Of a stretch of 64,000 bases of DNA, positions 35,153 to 45,520 are shown one piece after another. The stretch lies in NCBI RefSeq assembly GCF_036321535.1, contig NC_087436.1:104594001-104658000 (forward strand). Reading direction: 5' to 3'. Both the position numbers and the translations under genes were made by a program. How positions within the stretch are numbered: the stretch's first letter is position 1; every line of letters starts with the position of its first letter. The DNA is from Camelus dromedarius. Lineage: Eukaryota. The notes under the pieces are model-generated. The model saw nothing but the letters and a program-made list of their open reading frames with translations. It was not told the origin of the DNA and did not search any database.

Positions 35153-38100
35153 AAAGAAAAAAAAACTGCATTATCTCGATTATATGTGGAATCTAAAAAA
35201 GTCATACACAGAAGCAGAGAGGAGAATGGTGGTTACCAAGGGCAGGGAGGTGAGGAAGTCAGGGAAGTGTTGGTTATAGACACAAAATTAGAGCTATGTA
35301 GGATGAATAAATCTAGACATCCAATGTAGCATTGATGATTATTGCTAATAATACTGTATTAAATACTGGAAATTTGCTGAGAGTAGATTTCAAATACTAT
35401 CATCACACACACACAAAAGTAACTCTATGAGAAGATACGTTAATTAACTTGTCTGCAGTGATCATTTCACTGTGTATATATGTATATCAAATACTCATAT
35501 TGTTCACCTTTATTTAGAAATATGTAAACGATGCATTTATGATATGCAAAGGCTCATTGGCGTGTTGAACAAAGGAGGGCTTGGCAGTAGTGTGGACAGC
35601 AGACAAGGATGGGAGGATTGGGTTCCCACGTGGCACACGGTGGCAATGGCGTGCCACACTCTATGAGTCCATGCTCTGACAGCCCACACCACAGTCACAG
35701 ACTGTACAGAAGTTTAATTTCAGCAATTTAAAACAACATTGTCTGCCACAGTAAATTCCTGCTGTTAGCTGAGATTTTGTAGTGTTGTTTGTACTTTGTT
35801 TGTAAGATTGTTTTGGTCTTACAGATCATGTGAGGACTATAAACCTAACGTTTTTTTTTTTTTAATCTATTTTTATATTTGCACATGTCCAGGTGATATA
35901 AAAAGGAAAATCATTTAATTTCAGCAGAGTGGTAATGGTGGGAAAGCCACGAGAATTTTTTTCTTCTAATAGAATGAGTAGTTCATCATTCAAGTTTAAG
36001 AAATACCTGTCTGTGGCAGGGAGAGTGATGGGCTACAGGAACGTGAAACTACAGAGACAGAAGTGGTGACAAAAGGAAAAGGAACAGCAGCAGGATGTGA
36101 AGCTTGAAAAATCAGGATTGAATCCAGGCAGCAGAATCCTGAGGAAGCCCTCCAGCCAGCCCCCTCCTAGAAAATCCAGAGATGCTCCTACCCACAGAAG
36201 TTGACAAATCCAGGTGGACAAGTAGGTAGGCCAAGAAGGATGACACAAAAACAGGCCAACAGGGAGGTTTTGCTGCCAATGACTTGTAGTTAGAAGATTT
36301 AACCGCTCCCTGGAAAGAAGGAAGGGCAGCGAGGACCCAACCCCTGTGTTTCATCTATCGAGATGGAGTATGTGGGGCCTAACTTCCTGTTCAAGAAGGT
36401 GTATGAGATTTACTTTGATTCGTTTAAACCTGTAGATTTGCTTTGGTTCTTTAAAATTATTCCTTTGCCTCCAATGTTAAAGAAAAAATTCACATGATGC
36501 TCAAGTGGAAACACCCATCCCAGTCAGACCACGTTAAGGCCAGGTGGGGAGCACCTGTGTGTGAGTGGTGGGCCACCACCACGCAGACGCTGGTTCCTCA
36601 TCAGCTCCACCTTGAGGCTTTGCTGATTTCAGTGTTGCTAGGTAATCCAGTCTTAAACCATGCCATCAGCGTGTCTCTAACGATTGGGAGGAAGCATGAG
36701 TTCATAAAACCCAACCTGCTGGCTTTTCAGAAGAGAAAAAGTCTGAAAGAGCAAGTTCCTTTGTCAAGGTCACTGGTATTCATGACAGAGCAGACTAGCA
36801 CCCAGGGGTCCTGCCTCCCAGCTCAGACCTCTTTGCATATAATCTTTACTTCATTTTACTTACTGCTTTCTTTAGGAAATGCCCACTATGTGAAATGCAA
36901 GCACAAAACCAATGTGTAGTCATTCTGAGTACATTTAGGGCACATACACTCATTACGTACATATGGATGTAAATATCCTTGGGCCTCTTTGAAATGACTC
37001 ACAACAGTGTAGTCTGGGAAGCCAGACATTTATTTGAGGTCCCAGGGTAGCCTCTCCTTGCTTATTCATTCACTTTATTTTCCCTGAGCCTCCATTTCTT
37101 CATCTGTAAAATGGGATGACTCCCTTATTGGACTAATATGAAGATGAATTGAGACAATGTACATGAAAGAAATCTGTGTGAATAAATTGTAGAACATTTT
37201 CAGACATCACCTCATAAGACACCAGTTAAAACATCAGAACACCGGCTAAATCAGTGATAGAGATGGAGGGGGTTCTTGGGCTCAAATCCACTTACAGGTT
37301 GTGAAATTTAGGCAGAGCTACCCAACCTCTTTTGTGCTTTTAGTTTCTCGTGTGAGAAATATGGACAATAATAACATATATCTTGGCTTTTATAAGGACT
37401 ACTTGGATTAATTCCTATAAACTATTCTTCGTACATAATAAGTGCTCAGTAAATGTTAGTTACTATTATTATCTTGCAGACTTGCTGATGGTGGTGACTT
37501 TTTCATTACTATAGATGTCTTCTTCATTGTTGTGCTTGTGTGATGCTTTAGAAGTCAGCAGACTTTGGTGCTTCTGAAAACAGTAGATGGAACATTTGCA
37601 CCTCTCCTGGGAATCCTTCCATTCTTAGTGCTGAAACAGGAAGAGCAGAGCTGCCTTCCAGAGTCATATTGGCAACTAAACCCACCTGTTGCCCTCCCCT
37701 TCCCAAGGCCTGGCTGTCAGCAGTGGGAGCCTCAAGGTGTGAGGACAAACCAGTATTTGCACTGACCTGGCTGCTGCTATTGTCTGAAGGGCAGCAGGGG
37801 CCCCAGGCCAGGCCACCCCACGTGGGGTTCCTGGCAGAGCACACAAATCAAACAGGATCAGGGTGGGGCATGACTTGGCCCAGAGAACCCACTGGCAGCA
37901 GCTTATGAAAGGCGGGAACAGGGAGTGCCCCCGATGATTCAACGAGTGGCATGTCTCCCTCTGAGCAGCTGCCAAGAATGCCTCCCAGGCACCTGGTTAA
38001 GAGGCAGTGAGTACAGGGGTGACTGAAAGGCAGCCCCTTCGGGGCCACTCACATTTCTCTCACACCTCTGTGTCTGTGTACATATGGTTCTCTCTGCTTG

Positions 38101-38605
38101 GAAAGTCTTCCTCTACCTCCTGCTGGGCAAAACCCTGCTCCTAGCTCATCCCTTCTTCAAGTCCTAATTCAACTGTGGGGAACCTTTCTGGGCTCTACTA
38201 GGCAGACCTAGGTGTTTGGGCAGCACAAAAACTGTACTTATATATATCCTCTGTCCACTGGAAACAAATACTCCATCTTATATACTTACACACTCCGTGC
38301 ACCACAGCACATTACAACTGTTGGTGTGTGGTCACGCCACTGGGACGCCCACCAACAGGATTTCCTCCAGCCCAGTAGTCCACGGACCCCTGTCAAAGGC
38401 GTGAGTCTAGAAAGGCATGTTTCTTTATATCTTATGATCCTGCTTCCAACTGTAGCTCAGTGGACAAGGGGAACCAATCTCCAGATGGTTAGTGACCTGT
38501 GATGTGGGCCAGGCCAGATCAGATTCTGCCAGGGACTTGAATCAGGGAAGACTCCAGCAATGAGTAGTAGAAACTGAAGCTGAGAGGTCACGACATACAG
38601 AGCCC

Positions 38606-39175
38606 TGATGCAGTGGACGCTGGGGTGTGCTGCTCAGATCCCATTAGGAAATGAAGGATTCATTCCCCTTGCTGCTGGGAGTGCTGCCAGCAGACAGCCC
38701 TCAGTTGTCAGCTCTCTTTAGGGATTGTCTCTCTTGAAGAGTTCCCTCTAACCTCTGTCTCCCCACCCAAGATCATGCACCCTTTCCAGGGAAGCCCATG
38801 TCCAATGGCTGGTTGACACAGAGCAGGGTTCACCTTTTGGGAAAATTTTGAAGTACCATCTCAGCTTCAGAGTGACCTGTGTAGTTGGCTGAGACCTTCC
38901 TCAGTATTAAGGTGACCAACTGTGCAGGTTCACTTGGGATAGAGAGAGTTCTGGGGACATGGACTTTTCAGGGCTAAAACCTGGAAAGTCTCCAGCGAAC
39001 CAAGACAAATTGATCATGCGAGTCTAGACTGCAGAGCAGCTCAACTTGTCTCTTCACCCAGTTCCACCCACTTCTTTTCCCTTCCGTGAGTGGGAATGCC
39101 AGGAGCACTCCCTTATAAACCTCTGGTCTGCTAATCTCCTTCTCAGGGTCTGCTCCCCAGGGAACCCAACCTGAC
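38606..39175 (+). mobile_element. LTR16-like ERVL solo LTR interrupted by a hAT MITE at about 38909-39019
   Basis: TGATGCAGTGGACGCTGGGGTGTGCTGCTCAGATCCC...CATGTCCAATGGCTGG...GAGCACTCCCTTATAAACCTC...CAGGGAACCCAACCTGAC. Confidence 0.82.
38909..39019. mobile_element. MER96/MER91-like hAT MITE
   Basis: Begins AAGGTGACCAAC and has a decayed inverted end TTGATCATGC; LTR16 resumes afterwards. Confidence 0.6.
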
Positions 39176-39649
39176 GCTGGAGAAGCTATAATGTAAAAGC
39201 TTAAATTATGAGGCATCAGAAACTCTGAAGAAGCAGAAACTATAAGGTAGAGAAAAGATATATTATAGGGAGTCTATAATTCACCTGGTGGTGGGGCTGA
39301 AAGACGTACCGAGGCTAGTAGTCATGTCAATAGCAGTTCTTGGGCTGAGGGTCCAAGCGTTTTGAGCCTCTAGTAAATACGTCTTCTTCATTCTTCCATA
39401 ATTTTTATCATAAATTGCAATATTTTGCTTATCAGTTCACTATCATATATTTCTTTCACTGGAATATAAGTTTCTTAAGGGTGATTGATGATTAATTAAA
39501 CCCAGAAATATGTTTACGCTCAAGCTTCATAAAGACTCTCCTGTAATGGTGTCTGACCTTACATTTAGGCATCTCCATTTCCCAGCTGTGTTCCTACAAT
39601 AAACCCTTTACTTTTTTTGAGATGGGTTGAGTAGGTGTCTCATCTTTGT

Positions 39650-40140
39650 AATCAAAAGATTAGCATTTCTACATCAGCAAAAGATTTAGCTCTTGGCCAC
39701 GAAACCAATTCTGGAAATCTTAAGAGAAAGAAAGTGACTTACTGAAATGGTATTAGGGGTTCTCAAAATCAAAGAAAGACTCTAAGGCCAGGGTTGGAAA
39801 ATGGGCAAGAACCAGAGTACCTGCCACCAACATCATGTTGATTATAACCTCCAGCCAGACCCAAGTTTCTTATAACACTGTCAACATTCCATGTCCTGGG
39901 AGAGCATCTGTTTGGCTGGGCCTAATCATGTGCCCACCCTGTGGCTGCACCAGGAATGGAAAAGGAGGAGGGAGAGGGGCATCTAGCAGCTTCGGCTTCT
40001 GTGGTCGAGAGGGTACTGCCCATCCCAAACAAACAGAAGTGGGGATTTCCCAAGATAGGGAGTGATTGGCTAAGAGGAAGTTGGGGTTGGGGGCTGGAAG
40101 CCAAAAAACAACAGATGTCCCCTTCAGTGTCCATCTCCTT
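39650..40140. mobile_element. Old MLT1K/L-like LTR
   Basis: GAGAGCATCTGTTTGGCTGGGCCTAATCATGTGCCCACCCTGTGGCTG motif. Confidence 0.6.
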
Positions 40141-41531
40141 CCTAGGCTAGAAGTATTTATGACAGGGACTATGAATTTTCATCTTTGTATCTCTGATGCC
40201 TGGTGCCTGGCTCTCAACAGGTGCTGACTAGATTTTTTTTTTTTTAAAGAAACTACACTTTAGATAATTTCTTTCATTCAAGGAACCAACACATATGGAA
40301 AGGATGGTATTTGCTCCTGTGGAATTACAAAGGTGGATACACAAAACACTAATTCTTTATGGACTTAAACATCTAGACGTGGGATTGGGGCACACAGGCA
40401 GTGATCTACCTATGCACATATGTAGTATGTGAGACATACGGAGGAAAACAGCTATGTCTGTCCTTGCACGGGGTGGGGCAGGTGGAGCTCTGTCATTTTG
40501 CCCCTCTAGTTGCATTGTTGTCATGAGTGAACGCCTCGGTCGCCCTTTAATCCACTGAGAGGGTGCTTGCTGGTAACGAAGGAGGAGGGTTTATCTTCCT
40601 CCTTCCAGATACCACTTTGGCTGTCCTCTTCAAAACAACCACATGAAAACCTGTCTTCCAGGGGAAGTTTAAACATCCTTTTATTCAGAGATTGCAGGGA
40701 TACATGGAAGCTTCCCTGAGCCGGGGGTGTAGAAAAGTTAACCACTGTGCCCCCAGACTCTATCCCCTTTCCACCAAAGTGGGTGGGGAGCGCTCACTGC
40801 CCAGACCTCAGGCTGCCACACGTGGGGCTCCAGATCCTGCCTCCCTGCAGATGCTCTGTCCTGTCCTATTGCTTCCTTTTCTAGCTCTTTCTTTATTTTC
40901 TCCTCTCCTTACCTCTTCCTTCCCAGACTAAGTCGTGGCTTGCTTACCCAACCGCATTTTCTAGGACATTCTGTGCTTCTCAGTATTATTCACTAAGTCC
41001 CATATCCTCTTTTGTGTCTTGTTGTCCAGCTTCTGAAACCTGCTTGCAAGTCAAAGGCGTAGTCTGGGCCATCATTTCTGGTGGTGGTGGAGAGACTTGA
41101 ACCTGGAGTCCCAAGATAGAAAGGTTGAGAGTGTTTCTCAATCCTAATGACCCTTGACTTTCTTCTAAGCATTTAAATAAAAACCTTATATATTTTTCAC
41201 TGCTGAGACTAGTCTCTTGCTGAAAACCCTCAAGTTTAGACAAGATAGTCACATCACTCCTGGTAATATAACTTTCATTTACTATTCTTAAAGGGCACTT
41301 ATCTACCTTCCCACTTAGGGTTATATTACAAAACCTACTTTACTAATTTGACAATGAAGCCACCTGTCCCAGTCCGTCCTTTTTCCCTGGGCTTCTTTCC
41401 AGGCTGTGGGATGGGGACAGAGGGGCGAGAAGACAGACTGCCCTAACATGCATGAGTGCATTAAAGAGAAAGGAGGACAATTGTGGCAAAGGCAGATATT
41501 TGTCTCTTAATATCTGTTCTCCCTCTTTTCT

Positions 41532-41672
41532 GTTGTTATTTTTGTTTTTTGGGGGGTTTATTTATTTGTTTATTTATTATTTTATTTTATTTAATGAATG
41601 TACCAGGGATTGAACCCAGGACCTCGTGCATGCTAAGCACACACTCTACCACTGAGCTATATGTACCCTCCC
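41532..41672 (-). mobile_element. Vic-1-type SINE
   Basis: Reverse complement of the tRNA-like head (CCAGGGATTGAACCCAGGACCTCGTGCATGCTAAGCAC...ACCACTGAGCTATA) with a T-rich tail. Perfect 13-bp TSD CTCCCTCTTTTCT at 41519-41531 and 41673-41685. Confidence 0.93.
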
Positions 41673-41704
41673 CTCCCTCTTTTCTAAAGTAAAAACAAAC
41701 AAAC

Positions 41705-42110
41705 TCTAGATTTAGATTCCACAGAATATAGCCTCCTTTGCTGTTGGATGTGGTCATGGGACTAAGTTCTGGCCAATGAGGTATGAGTGGGAGTTATGTC
41801 TGCAATTTCTTCCTGGCACCCTTAAAGGGAAGGAATGTGCTTTCCTTTTCCATTTTCCTCTCCTTCCTCTTTCCTTCCTGCTGGCTGGATCATGGATGTG
41901 GTCGTAAGTCATCTCAGACAATGTATATGAGGGTGACATCCGAGGGGTGGCAGAGTAACAAGATAGAAGGGGTTCAGGTCTCTGACATTATAGTTGCCAT
42001 AGCGGCTCTGAATTGTTTATGCTCAAAGTGTTCCTGAGAGAAGAGTGCTTTTCTAGTTTATTGTTGTCACTATCATTTTGGGTTTTTGTTAGAGCAGCTG
42101 ATCCTGTATC
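41705..42110 (+). mobile_element. MLT1H/I/J-like LTR
   Basis: GGATGTGGTCATGGGACTAAGTTCTGGCCAATGAGGTATGAGTGGGAGT...TTTGTTAGAGCAGCTGATCCTG. Confidence 0.72.
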
Positions 42111-42111
42111 C

Positions 42112-42315
42112 CAGGGTTCAGGAAACTACGGTTTGCAGGGCAAATCTGGCCCACAACTTATTTTCATACATAAAGTTTTATTTTAACACAGCCATCCCCA
42201 TTCATTTTAGTGTCATCTATGGCTACAATGGCAGGGTGCAATGGAGACTATACTGTTCACAAAGCTTAAAATATTCACTCTTTGGACCTTTATAGCAAAA
42301 GCTGGACAGCCCCTG
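42112..42315 (+). mobile_element. MER58A hAT-Charlie DNA transposon fossil
   Basis: CAGGGTTCAGGAAACTACGG...AAATCTGGCCC...TAAAGTTTTATT...CCCCTG. Perfect 8-bp TSD CTGTATCC at 42104-42111 and 42316-42323. Confidence 0.9.
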
Positions 42316-42574
42316 CTGTATCCTATCGATTCATATGTATACCAAGATATTAAGGATGGTTACCTCAGGATATTTTACTGTCTCCTTTTGCTTCGCTCAT
42401 TTGATTACTCAATCCTTCTCCAAAAACATCTCTGCATGAAATGAGTGAATTTACTCTAGACTCCACCCTATATGAGCCTGCAATATCCAGGTTTTTACTG
42501 TCTCTCTCTTTCCTGTCAGAAATATTTGAGCCACTCGCCAGCCCTTACAAAAATTCTGGATCCGGTGGTGTATC

Positions 42575-42900
42575 TGGTAGGATAATTTTGATTGCTTGTA
42601 GCCAAAATCTGACTTAATGGGGATAATTTATTGGCTCTCTCTTCCTCTCCATCTCTTGGCTCTGGTTATCTATAATAATCTGTTTAAGTGGGCCCTTTGT
42701 GTTCAGAAGACATGGCTGCTAGAAGGCTGGAGCCTGAAGGCTATCCTTCTGGCTAATAGTCCATCAGTATGTCTACATAGCAGACTTCAGAGCCAGTTCT
42801 GATTGGCCTTACTTGAGTCAGTGTTTATGCCTGAACCAGTCAGCATGTCCAGAAGAAGGGAGTGATTTGATTAGCCAGATGAGGAGGCTTAAGGTCAACA
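42575..42900. mobile_element. Old MLT1J/K-like LTR fragment
   Basis: TTCTGATTGGCCTTACTTGAGTCAGTGTTTATGCCTGAACCAGTCAGCATGTCCAG. Confidence 0.55.
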
Positions 42901-44999
42901 ATAGAATGGATTTCTGTCAGGAAAGAGTGGTTTTTCTTATCTCAAAAAGGAAAACGGAAAAAGAAAGCCCAGGAGATAAAAACAATGAAACAGTGGCTGT
43001 TCATGGCAGGCAACTTAGGGATCTTGTATGTAGTCTTGATTGCTTCTAGGTGTGTGACGTTACATTTATTCAAAGGGCAATGTGCAGCTCTGTTGTCTGA
43101 TTTGGATGCTAATTGATAATCTTTAAAATTACTAGGCCAAGCTCAGTGCATCACAATGTCTATGTGAACTCTGAATAATTCTTTTATTTTTAGAATTAAT
43201 TTTAGCCAAGACTGTAGTTTGCAGAATTTCAATATCTGGTTGAAAACTGAAATGTAGGCAACAACCGGCTTTCTCCAAATAGCAGGATGTAAAAGGTGGA
43301 ATCTTGCAGTAGGAGATAAAGGCTGGTATAAGGAGTTGGATGATGTGGATTTGAAGCTCTGACCTTCTGCTTCTTGGATGGTCATGACAACTTATTTAGC
43401 ATCTTTGAGACTCACTTTAACCTTCTCTAAAATGGGGATGATGAGATTGATCCCTGATGCTTGTTTTGAGGGTTAATTCCCTTTTCTGCCAGTTGGTTTT
43501 ATTCTGGGCCTTCGGTTATTTGAGCACAAACCTGTCTCTGCCAATTTGGCTTTTAAGTTATTGACAGCCCACAGAGGAGCACTGGCAAGAGAAAATTTGT
43601 TGATGAAGTAAAATTCAGAGGTGAAAAAGCAGGGCAGCCAACTGGCTTCAGATCCATGACATTATCAGATTAAATCTTTGCTTGTGCCCACGGAGCTTGA
43701 TGCTTTAGGTAAGTGCTTGAAATCTATCATTTTCTGGAGGTTTTGAGAGGTCTCCCAGGAGGAAGTCAATCATTTTGTTAAATTGCTGCTTCAGTTACTA
43801 CCCACTTTTGAAGATGGTAGTTTTTTTTTTCTTTTCTTCTTTTTTTAAAATTCATGTTCATTCATCTCAGCCTGATCATACAGGGACTAAGCGAGAATAA
43901 GAGCTAAGTATCTCAGGAATTCTAAGTGATATTCTTGCTTCTAAACCGCAGTACCTTTGTCAGACTTCAGTCTGTCCGTGCCCTGACTACCTCACGTGTA
44001 AAACTGTGATAACAGTCTTGAGTAACCCATCAGGTTAAGAAGCTGACATATGGACATTAGGAGACAAAGGACTGAGACAGAATTTTCAAACAAAATGACA
44101 TTAAGCAATAAGATGCCAAGGTCAGGATAAACGCAGTCAGGTCTCAAAACTTAAGACATTTACTGTTTGAACAGTATAAAAGGCCATAGGCGTTTATGCA
44201 TTTCACTAAAGTGCTCTGCAGCAAGACAGAGAGGACTAAATCTGTCTCCAAAGAAAAACAGAGGCACCGAGAGAACTGTTTCATGTCTGGTGTACTATGG
44301 GAGGCTCTTCTACACTGCCGAGAACAAATGTTTACTCAGTTGCCCAAGGTGATGGGGTTTGCTGTAGGGGTGTTGGGCTCGTGAGAAAACATAGAAAGTC
44401 AGCATCAGCTGAAGAGCCCCCCCAGGGGAGATCTGGAAGGTTGCGCAGAACATCACTCCAGTCCAGGTCCTGGCAGCAGCCTAGTGGTTCATCTCTCTGG
44501 TGACTCAGCTTTCCTTTTGTTGCTTCCACCGGACTGAGTCTGCATCTACTACTCCTGCTGACTCCTCGCTTCCTCGGCTTTCTGCTCGACTTCATGCCTC
44601 TTGAGCACTCAGAACCTCTGCCCCGCGATGCCAGCGTACTGGCATCTCTTGCAGCTTTTTAGGTTCTCTCAAAGCCTAGCTCTTCCAACTATTCTCTTTC
44701 TCTGTGTGGCTCAAATTCAAACTTTCCTAGAAGGAGAACCTGTCTGTAAAACAGATGGCTTTGGCTCAGGCATAATTCAATCATTTGTAGCCAGGGTGGT
44801 TGGATCTTAGCATCCAAAACATGGTATTTTATATATATAAGCTATGAAGAAAAAGGCCTATGTAACTCTCAGGCATTTCAAGTCTTCATACCATGTCCAG
44901 TACTTGAATATATCTATTAGTCTCTTCTTCAGAACACAAAACGTTTGAGGCTGTTACACTGATAATACCACCTTAATACAGAAGGTGACCTATATTATG

Positions 45000-45520
45000 T
45001 GAGGTGCTTAAATGCTCTTTGGAAACTCAGACAGAACATTGATTTAAAACTGGTGATTCAGGAAGGCTTCATGGGTCAGGGGAAAAAGTAAAACAGAGCA
45101 TTAAAGGAAGGATAGAATTTTGATACAAAGGAATGAAGAGGACAGGACATTCTAAGCAGGAAGAACAGTGTAAAGAAAGGACAGGCATGAAAAGTTAGGG
45201 GGAAGTTGATGATACATCCAGTTTGAGTTGGTCAGAGTCTTTCTTGGGAGGGAGCCAGGGGAGCTAAATCTGAGAAATTCAAATGCCAAGTTGGAGAGTC
45301 TGAAATTTATTTATTGGGTTGACATTGGAGGAGTCACTAAAGATTTCCAATCCAGGAAGTGAAGGGATTGGAGTTGTTTTTAGGAAAAATCTTCTGACAG
45401 CTATGTATATAATAGATTGGTGGTGGGAAACAATGGAAGACAAGAAGGTTATTATTGTCACACGAGGGTGTGTCAGAGAAAACAAGGTGAGGCAAGCGAT
45501 GCGAAATACCTGTCAGAGGT
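45000..45520 (-). mobile_element. L2 fragment
   Basis: CAGGAAGGCTTCATGG...GGATAGAATTTTGATAC...GGAGTCACTAAAGATTTC. Confidence 0.7.

Larger units (their letters stand above)
34085..35510 (+). mobile_element. L1 ORF2 C-terminal remnant plus 3' UTR (L1MA9/L1MB-like), containing two N gaps
   Basis: TTTGACAAGAACACCAAGAATACATAATGGGGAAAGGATAG...GAAATGCAAATTAAAACTACAGTGAGGTATCACCTCACACCTGTCAG...ATATGTGGAATCTAAAAAA...GTAGATTTCAAATACT. Confidence 0.93.

Noticed and set aside
32597-35510. Head-to-head L1s as a twin-primed inversion
   Set aside because: Each half has its own 3' end, the 3' UTRs differ, and non-L1 sequence (33851-34080) separates them, so these are two independent insertions.
36494-36919. 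141-aa plus-strand ORF
   Set aside because: No homology I recognise, and no consistent splice framework.
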